A stretch of DNA of 64,000 nucleotides, from positions 1,568,001 to 1,632,000 of the forward strand of contig CAVTRN010000002.1 of the NCBI GenBank assembly GCA_963737155.1. The letters run 5' to 3'. The first letter of the stretch is position 1, and every line of letters starts with the position of its first letter. Made by a program: the position numbers and the translations under genes. This document shows positions 22,655 to 32,787 of this stretch, piece after piece. The stretch comes from Nitrospirota bacterium. Lineage in GTDB: Bacteria; Nitrospirota; UBA9217. The notes under the pieces are model-generated. The model saw nothing but the letters and a program-made list of their open reading frames with translations, was not told the origin of the DNA and ran no database searches.

Positions 22655-24403
22655 CTACTCCTCGGTCTTCATGCACCCAGTAGTGCAGAGTTGTGAACAG
22701 ATCCCGCAGCCGCTGCAAAGGAGCGAATCGATTTCTACGTACCCCATCTTCCCTTCTGAAATGAAGGACAGAGCGATACATCCCGCCTTGAGGCAGAGCA
22801 TGCAGCCCTTGCAGTCCTTTTTTTCAACAGCGTACGCTTTCTTCGAAACACGGTATCGTAGTACGCAGGGCTGGTTCGAAATAAGCACCGATGGCCCCGC
22901 CACCGCAAGCTCCTCGCTTATGATATTTTCAAGTTCTTTAATTTTGTAGGTATCGATTTCACGCACTCGCCGGACACCGATTGCCTGGCAGAGCTTTGCG
23001 ATATCGAGGCGCGGTGCCTCTCGTCCCTTTGCTGTTCTGCCTGTTCCGGCGTGCTCCTGCCCGCCGGTCATGCCCGTAGTAGCGTTGTGCATAATAATCA
23101 CGACGGCGTCGCCGCCGTTATAAACCATGTTCGCCAGGCCCGTGATGCCGGAGTGCAGGAAGGTGGAGTCTCCAATCACAGCCACGGGTTTCTGGCGAGT
23201 GCCCTGGAGAGCAAGACCCCTGGCCATACCATGCGCGGCGGATATGCTGGCACCCATACAGATGCAGGTATGCATAGCGGAAAAAGGCGGGAGAGCGCCC
23301 AGCGTATAGCACCCGATGTCGCCAGACACATAGACCTTGAGCCTTGCGAGTACGGTGTACAGGCCCCGGTGAGAACACCCGGGGCAGAACGTGGGTGGAC
23401 GCACGAGCAGCCCACCCACAGGTTCCTTCGCCGGCAGCACGCTGCCCGAAACCTTCTCGCGAATCAGGCGCTGATTGAATTCTCCGCACAACGGCAGCTT
23501 GTTCTTACCAATATGGACCGTAATGCCCAGTGCCTTGATCTGCTCCTCGAGAAAGGGGTCAAGCTCTTCCACCACGACAAGCCTGGCCACCGAGGCAGCG
23601 AATTTTGCAATTAGCTTGTCCGGAAGCGGGAAGGTCATACCGAGCTTGAGCACCGCTGCCTTCGGGAAGGCTTCACGCACGTACTGGAATGATATCCCGG
23701 AGGTGATAAAACCTACATCCCGGTCGCCGTCAATGATCTGATGCAGCGCTGAGGTCTCAGCCCACTCCTTGAGGCGGAGGATACGTTCCTCGACCACTAC
23801 ATGCCGCTTTTTGGCGTTGCTCGGAAGCATCACATATTTGCCGAAGTCGCAGGCAAGACCGCGGCCTGCCGGTAACTCGGGAGTTACCATTTCCACCACG
23901 CTCTTGCAGTGAGAGATTCTGGTCGTCGTGCGCAGGATAACCGGCGTGTCAAAGGACTCGGACAGTTCGAAAGCGGTCTTAATAAACTGCTTTGCCTCAG
24001 CGGAGTCCGACGGTTCGAGGCAGGGTATTTTGCCGAGCCGTGCAAAGTGGCGCGTATCCTGTTCGTTCTGGGAGCTGAACATCCCCGGGTCGTCGGCTGC
24101 CATGAGCACCAATCCCGCGTTGACGCCCGTATATGCCACGGTCATGAGCGGATCGGAAGCCACATTCACGCCCACATGCTTCATGCACGCCATCGAGCGA
24201 ACGCCGGAGAGGCTGCCGCCGATTGCCACTTCCATGGCCACCTTCTCGTTCACGGACCACTCGGCATGGATGTCCTTGACTTCTGAAAGTATTTCGAGCA
24301 CCTCGGTGCTCGGTGTGCCGGGATACGCCGTTGCGAGTCTGCCCCCCGCTTCGAGGAAACCCCGGGCGATTGCTTCGTTACCGGAAAGAATTGCTTTTTC
24401 CAA
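22655..24403 (-). CDS. iorA: indolepyruvate:ferredoxin oxidoreductase alpha subunit
   Basis: LSGNEAIARG, YPGTPSTE, NEKVA, MKHVGVNVASD, CPGCSHR, GDIGCY, GDSTFLHSG, C-terminal 2x[4Fe-4S] Cys motifs; likely TTG start at 24403 behind GGGAG. Confidence 0.93.
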   Translation of the reverse strand: MEKAILSGNEAIARGFLEAGGRLATAYPGTPSTEVLEILSEVKDIHAEWSVNEKVAMEVAIGGSLSGVRSMACMKHVGVNVASDPLMTVAYTGVNAGLVLMAADDPGMFSSQNEQDTRHFARLGKIPCLEPSDSAEAKQFIKTAFELSESFDTPVILRTTTRISHCKSVVEMVTPELPAGRGLACDFGKYVMLPSNAKKRHVVVEERILRLKEWAETSALHQIIDGDRDVGFITSGISFQYVREAFPKAAVLKLGMTFPLPDKLIAKFAASVARLVVVEELDPFLEEQIKALGITVHIGKNKLPLCGEFNQRLIREKVSGSVLPAKEPVGGLLVRPPTFCPGCSHRGLYTVLARLKVYVSGDIGCYTLGALPPFSAMHTCICMGASISAAHGMARGLALQGTRQKPVAVIGDSTFLHSGITGLANMVYNGGDAVVIIMHNATTGMTGGQEHAGTGRTAKGREAPRLDIAKLCQAIGVRRVREIDTYKIKELENIISEELAVAGPSVLISNQPCVLRYRVSKKAYAVEKKDCKGCMLCLKAGCIALSFISEGKMGYVEIDSLLCSGCGICSQLCTTGCMKTEE

Positions 24404-24523
24404 AATCACTCCCAAACTGAAAGATGTATCATACTGGACATGGAAAAACAAAAGTTGAGATATAATGGTTGATGCTGTTCCCCTACCTCTTACTAATTGA
24501 CCCTTTTGCTATTTTTCCTTGTT

Positions 24524-25867
24524 TTACTTGAGTCGGTTGTCGATAACGCGCTTGGACTTGCCTTCACTGCGCTGAATGGAATTCGGTGGCCTGAGTGATA
24601 CCTCGGTGTTCACGCCGATAATATCCTTAATGTTTTTCTGGATCTCGCGCTTGAGATGGATGAGATCCTCTTCCTCCTGGGCAAAGGCTTTCAAGTCAGT
24701 AGACAACACCTTCGTTGCCATTTCATCCATAAACTTCGGCGTCACTTCCACATGAACATTCATCTCGTCGAGGCGGCCTTTTCGAGTCACCTCGATGACA
24801 TAGTGCGGCGCCACCTCCTCTGAGCGGAGCAGCACCGATTCAACCTGCGATGGGAACACATTCACACCGCGGATAATGAGCATGTCGTCGGCCCGTCCAC
24901 GCACCCGTTTCATACGCACCAAGGTTCTACCGCAGATGCAGGGTTCGGGGTCCAGACTCGTGATGTCGCCGGTACGGTAGCGGATGAGCGGCATAGCTTC
25001 CCGGGACATGCTCGTTATCACGAGCTCGCCTTCCTGGCCGTACGGCAGCCGATCGCCCGTCTCGGGGCTGACAATCTCGGGATAGAAGTGGTCCTCGTTA
25101 AAATGCAGACCGTTCTGCGCCTCGATGCATTCAGACGATACGCCCGGCCCGATGATTTCCGAGAGACCATAGATGTCGATGGCCTTGATCCGCAGCCGTT
25201 CTTCAACTTCGTGCCGCATCTCATCGGTCCAAGGCTCGGCGCCGAAGAGGCCGACACGTAGCTTGATCGTATCAAGGTTGATTTTCATTTCGCAGGCGAC
25301 ATCATAAATATAAAGAGCGAAAGACGGAGTTGAGCAGATCACCGTGCTCCCGAAGTCCTGAAGCAGCAGAATCTGTTTTTGCGTATTCCCGCCGGAAATC
25401 GGGATGACCGATGCGCCCACTCGCTCTGCGCCATAGTGTGCGCCGAGACCGCCGGTGAACAGACCGTATCCGTATGCGTTCTGGACCACGTCCTTTTTCG
25501 TAACACCGGCAGAGGTAAAGGTTCGGGCCATTACAGCAGCCCAAAGGTTGATGTCATTCCGATTGTAGGCAACCACGGTGGGTTTGCCAGTCGTGCCAGA
25601 TGAGGCATGGATTCGCACGATGTTTTCAAGGGGCTCGGCAAAAAGACCGTAGGGGTAGTTGTCACGCAAATCAGATTTCTTCGTGAAGGGTAGCTTTGTG
25701 ACGTCTTCAATACCACTGATGTCCGAGGGTTTTACGTTCTTTTCGTCGAACTTCTTTTTGTAAAAGGGCACGAGGGAATAGACCCGCACGCAAACATTCT
25801 TCAAGCGTTCACCCTGCAGCTTGCTTAAGTCTTGTCGTGACAGGGATTCTTCTGGACTCCAGGGCAT
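24524..25867 (-). CDS. paaK: phenylacetate--CoA ligase
   Basis: [52 protein letters not shown]. Confidence 0.92.
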   Translation of the reverse strand: MPWSPEESLSRQDLSKLQGERLKNVCVRVYSLVPFYKKKFDEKNVKPSDISGIEDVTKLPFTKKSDLRDNYPYGLFAEPLENIVRIHASSGTTGKPTVVAYNRNDINLWAAVMARTFTSAGVTKKDVVQNAYGYGLFTGGLGAHYGAERVGASVIPISGGNTQKQILLLQDFGSTVICSTPSFALYIYDVACEMKINLDTIKLRVGLFGAEPWTDEMRHEVEERLRIKAIDIYGLSEIIGPGVSSECIEAQNGLHFNEDHFYPEIVSPETGDRLPYGQEGELVITSMSREAMPLIRYRTGDITSLDPEPCICGRTLVRMKRVRGRADDMLIIRGVNVFPSQVESVLLRSEEVAPHYVIEVTRKGRLDEMNVHVEVTPKFMDEMATKVLSTDLKAFAQEEEDLIHLKREIQKNIKDIIGVNTEVSLRPPNSIQRSEGKSKRVIDNRLK

Positions 25868-26000
25868 ACGCGTCTCCTCAGGGCAAGGATTCGACCGGGA
25901 AAGGTTGTTAATTCATTGAGAAGCGCCGGTTATTATAAAACAGTATGCATTGTTTTGTAAATAAAATTCATATTATCTCTTGAGCGGGAATGCAAGATTT

Positions 26001-26009
26001 TGCTATAAT
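26001..26009 (+). promoter_or_regulatory. extended -10 sigma70-type promoter element upstream of paaI
   Basis: TGCTATAAT about 37 nt upstream of the paaI start. Confidence 0.4.
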
Positions 26010-26045
26010 GTTGGCACATTGTATAAGCAAGGGAAAGAATGATCT

Positions 26046-26451
26046 ATGGATACTATGAAGAAATTTGTTGATGCGGACAATTTTGCAAAACTTGTCGGTG
26101 TGGAGATCCTTGAATATTCCCCCGGAAAGGCAAAGGCCTGGATGATGCTTCAACAGCATCACCTAAACAGCGCCGGCACTGGCCATGGGGGGCATTTTCT
26201 CGCTTGCCGACGCGGTCTTCTCCGTGGCTTCAAACTCCCACGGTACCCTCGCTATGGCGATCAACGTGGGTATTTCGTTCTTCAAAGCAATGAAGAGCGG
26301 GGTCCTCGTCGCTGAAGGCTGGGAAGTGTCATTCAACCCCAAGCTAGCCACCTACCTGATTGATGTGAAGGATGATGCCGGCAATGCAGTCGCCCTGTTC
26401 TAAGGCACGGTATATCGGAAGAAGGATACAATCGCCGATATCTTAAAATGA
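26046..26451 (+). pseudogene. paaI: PaaI-family hotdog thioesterase pseudogene
   Basis: HLNSAGTGHGG then frameshift (~26191) to IFSLADAVFSVASNS; in-frame TAA at 26401. Confidence 0.8.
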
Positions 26452-26525
26452 TATCGCCATCGCAAAACTGACATGGATAAGACATCATTATGGCCAATAG
26501 AACAGGGGGCAAGCTTGAACATATT

Positions 26526-26583
26526 GTAGCTCGTCGGGTTCATGACCTCAAGGTCGTAAGTTCAAATTCAGCCCCCACTACCA
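26526..26583 (+). pseudogene. degenerate tRNA-fMet (CAT) partial copy, att-like scar
   Basis: GTAGCTCGTCGGGTTCATGACCTCAAGGTCGTAAGTTCAAATTCAGCCCCCACTACCA aligns with initiator tRNA from D-loop to CCA; the 5' acceptor strand is missing and stems are mismatched. Confidence 0.75.
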
Positions 26584-26593
26584 AATTTAGCAA

Positions 26594-26619
26594 GGGGTTA
26601 CAGCATTTGCCGTAACCCC
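26594..26619 (+). terminator. stem-loop downstream of the tRNA-fMet remnant
   Basis: GGGGTTAC...GTAACCCC inverted repeat. Confidence 0.5.
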
Positions 26620-26749
26620 CGGTATGAATAAAAAGCATAACGAGGTGAAACTCAGGTCGCCCTATGGGCTTCCTCCGGCTCACCTGCTCTTTTTAAAATA
26701 ACCAAAAGTGGGATGATTGCCCCATATCGTCTCAAATATCAATCGCTCA

Positions 26750-26795
26750 GGGTGGTCAAAATTCGGTTATCGCAGGTGGTCAATTTTCGGTGGCT
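26750..26795. repeat. tandem GGTGGTCAA(A/T)(A/T)TTCGGT motifs, IS21-family end-like
   Basis: Two near-identical 17-mers 24 bp apart, resembling IS21 subterminal repeats; no istA/istB present. Confidence 0.4.
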
Positions 26796-27257
26796 TTTTC
26801 GAATTATGTCTATACACGCTTTCTCTGGCGATAAGGAAGGAAGCAAGGATGCAGAAGCACTCTTCGTTAAGGTTGCCAGAGGAAATGGTATGGACAACAC
26901 CGACCTCGACACTTGCATTGAAGAGGGGCTGTTCGAGGAAGGTGACTATCAGATTTTCTTTGTTCAATCTGAGGATTAATAGCTCCTCATTTACTTAGTA
27001 CCTGTCTTATTCACTATATTACGCCCTATTATTTTGCGTTCCCATACTCTACCTTTAGTTGGAGTGCCGGTTCTTCTGGCAAAAAATTGTTTACCAGCAG
27101 ATAAACCGCTTGCTCTTTTCCTGTTCCATGAAAAGCCAAATTTAGCGCCCATATTATACCCCGCTTTCCTCGCTTTTCTAAACTTACTTAAATTATATCA
27201 GAATTGGAAAGGGGCTAGAGGGAACGGTTTGCAAAAGTTTTCATTACCTCCCCTGAG

Positions 27258-27415
27258 CGTCGCCCGAACACCGGGAATGCTTTCGGACGAGTGGATGCTC
27301 ATTGGGAGAGGAGGACACCGGTTTTGGCGGACGCATCGATCTCCTGGCCATTGCACCTGATGGTTCGCTTGTACTTATTGAACTAAAGCGCGACCGTACG
27401 CCACGCGAAGTAGCC
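27258..27415 (+). pseudogene. NucS/EndoMS-like PD-(D/E)XK nuclease fragment
   Basis: LSDEWMLIGR/EDTGFGGRIDLLAIAPDGSLVLIELKRDRTPREV (frameshifted). Confidence 0.65.
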
Positions 27416-27610
27416 CAACCCCAAAATCATCGGGAGCACGGCCTTTATAACAGAAATCACTTCGTCATGAAGTAGCCCGCTCGTTTCACGCAATAACAAT
27501 GTACGTACGGGGCAGACAGTCCACCAAGACTGAGTGAATTACCCCGCAGCAAGCTGCGGGGCATCGGAACTTGAAACCTTAAAAAAGCACAACAAAGAAG
27601 CTGAAGACTT

Positions 27611-27629
27611 ATCCTGGCTTCGCCAGGAT
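27611..27629 (+). terminator. stem-loop immediately 5' of the group IIC intron insertion site
   Basis: ATCCTGGC-TTC-GCCAGGAT perfect 8-bp stem followed by GTCCTTTTCATC. Confidence 0.65.
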
Positions 27630-27641
27630 GTCCTTTTCATC

Positions 27642-28331
27642 GTATGCCAGGCATGACGCATTGTATTTTTAGTACGGGCCGATCAGATATGGTGTCTGAA
27701 CGGTGACTCGGAGGTGCAAGTCCTCTACGGGCCTTGATGGAAGGAACCGTTAGCCGAACAGCAAGGGTGTCCGGGGCGACCCGGAATCTGAAGGAAGCTG
27801 TAAGCAAAGTCCCGGCCTGACGAACAGAAACCGCATATGAGGCAGCCACATCTGGGCGAGAGGGCGATAATACTCAAAGCCCGATAACCATCCAGAAGGT
27901 GTGGAAGTAGATGCGGCGGGTATATGGGATGAAGGTCATGCGTCTTACCCTGGGAGATCTATCGATTTGCCTTGTGCTATCGATGCCGTAAGGTGTTGAG
28001 ATGAATCGACAGAAGTCAGCAGAGGCGGTAGTAGTCCAGCAACCAACTGGATGAAGCGCCGAACATGGTAGGCTGGGAAGGTGCCGAAGCCCCGACGAAC
28101 GAAGGAGACGCACACAAGAAGGCTGAGATGCCGGAGGACTCCCGGATGGTAGCGGGCGGAACCCGTCAGAGTACGGAGAGGGAGCGCCAAGCGTTCGCGG
28201 CGACAGAGGAGAACACTAAACCGCAAGTCGTAAAACTTGGACTTGATTAGTCTACCATGAACCGCCGTATACGGAACCGTACGTACGGTGGTGTGGGAGG
28301 ACGGCGGGGGCGACCCCGCCTCCTACCCGAT
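27642..28331 (+). ncRNA. group II intron, class IIC, ORF-less (IEP deleted)
   Basis: 5' GTATGCCAGGCATGACGCA pairs with TGCGTCTTACCCTGG (~27939); domain V GAACCGCCGTATACGGAACCGTACGTACGGTGGTGTGGGAGG (CGC triad); domain VI ending CCTCCTACCCGAT; only a 61-codon IEP remnant in domain IV. Confidence 0.9.
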
Positions 28332-28627
28332 CCAGCAGCAAGCTGCTGGGTATTTCAGGACTGTTTTATAAACATTATCGCGTTACCAAGCAATTGCGCT
28401 GCGATACAACTTTCATCGTAGATATGCCCTTCCTGTCTCCTTTTATCCCTTTGTTGTTCTGTTTTCTTGTAGTTTGTTCCTGTTTCCCTGGAACGGGTGG
28501 TATACTTTTAGTTACGAATATGTTTTGGCAGCTGGCCAGACATGGCAGGTTTAAAAGCATGCCTGAAAGTATGAAGTAGTTCTCTCAACCCTTTCGAATA
28601 CAGTGACGGAAGAAAGGAGTAACGATC

Positions 28628-29155
28628 ATGAAAGAAGAACTAACAGATAGGAAAGGCTCGATTCTGATGCCGGTTCTGGCAGGCAGTGTCCTAGGGGCCG
28701 GGTTAGCGCTCTTGCTGGCGCCGAAATCGGGAAGCGAGACCAGGAAAGACCTGAAGCGGTTCGCCGATCGGTTCTCACAGGCCATTGAGATAGGCAAGGA
28801 CCTCTATGGAGAAAGCAGAATGTTTGTGAACAAAGCCGTGGAAGCCGGCAAGAAGGCCTATGTGGAGGAAAAGCCCCTAGATCTCTCTAACAACAAGGGG
28901 CGCACACTCCTGATCCCGATCCTGTCGAGCGGTATCATCGGGGCAGGCATTGCGCTTCTACTGACGCCGAAATCGGGAAGCGAGACAAGGGAGAACCTGA
29001 AGCGGTTCGCATCGAGCACACGGGAGCAGGTTGTTTCCGCCATTGACAAGGGCAAGGATCTCTACGAGGCAGGCAAAGGAGCGATAACGGAGGCCGTGAA
29101 AGTTGGCAAGAAAGCGTACGGCGAAAGTAAAGGGGAGCTTGGGGAGGCGGTGTAA
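28628..29155 (+). CDS. YtxH-domain protein (two tandem YtxH units)
   Basis: GAGLALLLAPKSGSETRKDL and GAGIALLLTPKSGSETRENL; RBS AAGGAG. Confidence 0.85.
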   Translation: MKEELTDRKGSILMPVLAGSVLGAGLALLLAPKSGSETRKDLKRFADRFSQAIEIGKDLYGESRMFVNKAVEAGKKAYVEEKPLDLSNNKGRTLLIPILSSGIIGAGIALLLTPKSGSETRENLKRFASSTREQVVSAIDKGKDLYEAGKGAITEAVKVGKKAYGESKGELGEAV

Positions 29156-29727
29156 CAACAGATGGTTTGAGAGCGCTTTCAGGGGGTGAGACTTGTGTTC
29201 CCGGTTCAGCAAGCGGCCATAAACCGGCTTTCCAGTCAGCGAGGCGACGAGCATTTGTTCCGGTGCCTCTTGTTGTCTCTCCCAGGGGCGCAGCGTTTTC
29301 AGGGAACAGCGTTTCACTGGATGCAAGCTTCTCGATTTCTCAATGGCAATTTACGTAAAACAACTTAGGAAACAACGTTATAGTTATATATCGATAGACG
29401 TTAAAGAAGGTTCATTCGTGTTTAAGTTGAAAGCCTGGGATTAAGTAACCCTCAGTGCGGAGGGATAAGTGCTGTTTGCTCAAGGAGCAGATCCAGTCGA
29501 TTTTTATTACGCACAATCATATGACTCACGTGATAGTTTGGAATAGCAAGTAGTTCTACGATGGTATGGAGCTGCATCGGATTTTCTTTCTGGTTTGGTT
29601 TTATTGGGGAACATAACTTTACCAGAATCGGTTAATCCGATGCTCTTTTTTGCAGCACTACGCCGTTTTCAACTTTTCTACGAAAAGACCAATATTTTTT
29701 TACGGTTCATAGTAAAGGAGGCACGAC

Positions 29728-30149
29728 ATGGTCCAAAAAGCAAGCACGAAGCTGGCAGAGATGATGAACCAGGCTCTCGCTGCTGAACTGCAGGCGATCA
29801 TTCAGTACCAGTGGCATCACATCATGGTAAAAGGGATGCATTCAGCCGAGCTGTCCGAAGTTCTCAAAAAAGCATCTATGGTGGAAATGAGGCACGCTGA
29901 ACAGGTCGCCGAACGACTTGATATTTCGACGTCGCACCAACGATCAAGCCCAACCCTATAGCTGTGGGCGGCGATGCGCCAACGATGATCAAGGCTGATA
30001 TCAAAGCGGAGTTAGAGGCTATCATGCTGTACAAGACTATAATCAGTCAGGCGGCCTCTGAGAGGGACGAAACGACCAGGCTCCTTTTTGAGGAGATCCT
30101 TTCCGAGGAAGAAGACCATCATGATACATTTTCGACACTGCTAGGATAG
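29728..30149 (+). pseudogene. bacterioferritin/ferritin-like di-iron protein, single frameshift
   Basis: ELQAIIQY, EMRHAE / ELEAIMLY, EEEDHHD motifs split by a 1-nt deletion near 29922. Confidence 0.8.
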
Positions 30150-30187
30150 CTGAGCGGTTTCTTGAAGTGGAAACAACTTTGATAATA
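30111..30187 (+). repeat. imperfect direct repeat, copy 1 (ferritin 3' end plus downstream)
   Basis: GAAGACCATCATGATACATTTTCGACACTG...TTCTTGAAGTGGAAACAACTTTG matches 31675-31750. Confidence 0.85.
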
Positions 30188-30434
30188 ACTAATGATTGTA
30201 ACTCGAATAAAAGTAGGAAAAAATATGAATGGTAAACAACTTTATCCAGATGCAACACCAGAAATCTCTGAAAAGAGAGCTGCCCTTGCTCCTGAAATAA
30301 CAGAAGCATTCCACAACTTCAGCAAAGCAGTTTTTAAAGAAGGTGCGCTTCCTGAAAAAACAAAACAGCTTATTGCAGTGGCAGTAGCGCATGTAACTCA
30401 ATGCCCATATTGCATACGCGGACATACTGCACTA

Positions 30435-31544
30435 TACACAGCGCACTAATTAATTGCGCATAATTTACGGACAATATCGTTGCCCGATGTCCACACCCTG
30501 AATCTTGATTCCACTGACCGTACAACATCCTCAAGCGTCGGGAAGTATCGGTTATGCAAACAGAGCCTTCGCGTTAATTTCCATAACCGCTCAATAGGGT
30601 TTAGATCAGGGCTGTAAGGAGGCAGAAAATCCAACATGAATTGAGGCTCATGTTGGCTTCGCCAATCTGCATGGAGCTTGGCATGATGGTATTTGGCATT
30701 ATCTGTTATGACAACGACGCGACGACCGCTTCGGGAACTTATCCTCCGGAGATGTTTGAGAAATGTATGGAACGTCACGGCGTTAAACTTTTCCTCCTCT
30801 CTCTGAAAAGCCAATTTCCCGTCACGCAGACGGATAGCTCCAAAATAACCCACGCTCTTGCGAGTGGGATGGTGCAACAATACAGGGTCCTTCTGTTCGG
30901 GAGGTACCCACATCAGACAGCGTGATCCATATTGCTGAAAATGAACTTCATCAGTCGACCACAGATCGATTTTATTATCGGCTACGAGCCTTCTGAGTTT
31001 TTTTATATTCTTCCTGACGTTCGGGATCGGCCCGAGCAATCAGAGGACGCGGTTTACGCCGACGAAAACCAAAGGATTTAAACATGTATTGGCACTGCCG
31101 AACCCCTAATGTTATTCGATACCGCTTCTTAATGAAGGCGGCCAGCCCTTTGCCATCCCAGAGGCCACTGGCTATTCCTACAGACTCTGGCGGTTGCCGC
31201 AGTACCGTGTTGATTTCCTCCAACTGCTTATCGTTCAAGCGTCGGGGGCGGCCAGATCGTTCTCCTTCTACCAAGCCAGCCAGTCCTCTGTCTTCAAAGC
31301 GTCGGACCCAATATTCCACAGTTCGAGGCGAGTCACCCAGGAGATGGCTAACTTCCGGACAGCTCATTCCCTGGGCGACTAGCAATACGCCATGTAGTCG
31401 GTGGTCGTATCGTGACTCTTCCGAGCGACGGATTTCATCCTGTAATCCAAGAACAATGGTTGATGCATCGGTAATGGTCAATGGTTTCATGAATACAGGA
31501 TATCATATTTTTTATTAATACGCAATTACTTATTGCGCTATGTA
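30435..31544 (-). mobile_element. complete IS630-family element
   Basis: Imperfect terminal IRs TACACAGCGCACTAATTAATTGCG / TACATAGCGCAATAAGTAATTGCG; TA target duplication at 30433-34 and 31545-46. Confidence 0.93.
30446..31490 (-). CDS. IS630 transposase in two overlapping frames (HTH orfA 30975-31490, DDE orfB), probable programmed frameshift
   Basis: DEVHF, VITDNAKYH, FLPPYSPDLNPIERLW; A7 run at 30998-31004 in the overlap. Confidence 0.88.
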
Positions 31545-31674
31545 TAGCTATGAGAAAAGGATCCAGTAAAGAAGAAATCATGGAAGCCATTTGGGTGGCT
31601 TCTGAAATGCGGGCCGGAGCAGCTTATGCTCACGCTGCATTAGCAATAGATGAAATAGATAAAATAAAAACATA

Positions 31675-31750
31675 GAAGACCACCATGATACATTTGCGAC
31701 AATGCTTAGATAGTTGCTCAGTTCTTGAAGTGGAAACAACTTTGCTAATA
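31675..31750 (+). repeat. imperfect direct repeat, copy 2
   Basis: Encodes EDHHDTFATMLR*, versus ferritin EDHHDTFSTLLG*; shares TTCTTGAAGTGGAAACAACTTTG. Confidence 0.85.
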
Positions 31751-31875
31751 AATTTACAAATCAAATAAACAACGAATTTCGTTACCGCTAAGATGCAAGC
31801 GTTCCCGACTCTGCCGGAGCTCATACTAAATTAGATGCGTTGGAGAACCTTACATAGCCTGGCCGATGACGTGCG

Positions 31876-32787
31876 GTGATAAGAATGAGAAACACTTCGT
31901 CTTTGAAGACAGTGGCGATGACTAACGATAAGAAAATAATATTCTTATGCACGGAGGTCATGCTTGTTTTAGCACTCTGTTTTTGCAAACCGTCACAGGC
32001 CTTTTCCCAAAGCGCTCTTATAGAAAAAGGCAATCAGATATACAACACCAGGTGTGCCCCCTGCCATACCATCGGCGGCGGAAAGAAAGTCGGCCCGGAC
32101 CTCCAGGGGGTGACGCAAATCCGGCCGAAAAGCTGGCTAGAGTCATTTATTTCTAATCCCGGCAGCATGTTCAACGCGAACGAGCCGGTTGCTGCCGGAC
32201 TGTTGAAAGAATACAAGATAAAAATGCCGAATCTTGCATTATCCACTGATGATGTCAATGCAGTGATTGCATTTCTCGAAACCCAAAAAGTCACGACGTC
32301 TGCCCTGCCAGAGCCACTAGCGACGACGAAACCTCTGGCAGAAGCCCCTTCGGGAAATCCGGAAACCGGCAACGAGCTTTTTTTCGGGAGGATCGCTTTT
32401 AAAAACAATGGGCCCCCCTGCATGGCCTGTCACTCGGTAACGGGAATTCACATTCTGGGTGGCGGCAGCCTCGGCCCGGACCTTACAAGGGTATACGGGG
32501 TGTACGGGACCGGGATCGTCTCCGTGCTCACAGATATTCCGTTTCCTACTATGAGACCGCTCTTTGAAAACCATCCCCTCACGACCGGGGAAAAAAAAGA
32601 CATCGAGGCTTTTTTTGAAAAAAAATCCACGCTACAGCCCAAGAATTATATGTCACGGATCGTAGTGACAGCGATTACCGGATTCATCGTGTTGATGATC
32701 ATAACTATGCTTATAGGGAGGAACAGGCTCGTGACCGTGCGCAAGGCGCTCGTCGAGCGGACACACCAGGGAGGCAAGCAAAAATGA
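31876..32787 (+). CDS. membrane-anchored dihaem cytochrome c (NarC-like)
   Basis: Signal peptide, CAPCH and CMACH motifs each followed by GPDL, C-terminal TM helix; ATGA overlap with narG; the true start may be 31918. Confidence 0.88.
   Translation: MIRMRNTSSLKTVAMTNDKKIIFLCTEVMLVLALCFCKPSQAFSQSALIEKGNQIYNTRCAPCHTIGGGKKVGPDLQGVTQIRPKSWLESFISNPGSMFNANEPVAAGLLKEYKIKMPNLALSTDDVNAVIAFLETQKVTTSALPEPLATTKPLAEAPSGNPETGNELFFGRIAFKNNGPPCMACHSVTGIHILGGGSLGPDLTRVYGVYGTGIVSVLTDIPFPTMRPLFENHPLTTGEKKDIEAFFEKKSTLQPKNYMSRIVVTAITGFIVLMIITMLIGRNRLVTVRKALVERTHQGGKQK

Larger units (their letters stand above)
27534..28358. mobile_element. non-autonomous palindrome-ended mini-element (IS200/IS605-like ends), interrupted by a group II intron
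   Basis: Left GTGAATTACCCCGCAGCAAGCTGCGGGG; right (after removing the intron) TTCATCCCAGCAGCAAGCTGCTGGGTATT; ~135 bp without the intron. Confidence 0.55.
30225..31675 (+). pseudogene. carboxymuconolactone decarboxylase/AhpD-family gene interrupted by IS630
   Basis: KTKQLIAVAVAHVTQCPYCIRGHTAL (to 30434) continues in frame after the IS as AMRKGSSKEEIMEAIWVASEMRAGAAYAH...*. Confidence 0.88.

Noticed and set aside
22565-22655. Short TAGC-containing heptamer-like repeats between iorA and iorB
   Set aside because: Too degenerate to support a feature call.
27637-28250. Several short ORFs on both strands
   Set aside because: They lie within the intron RNA; only 28065-28250 relates to the deleted IEP.
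31750-31920. FNR/NarL sites upstream of the nar operon
   Set aside because: No TTGAT-N4-ATCAA or other convincing palindrome found.
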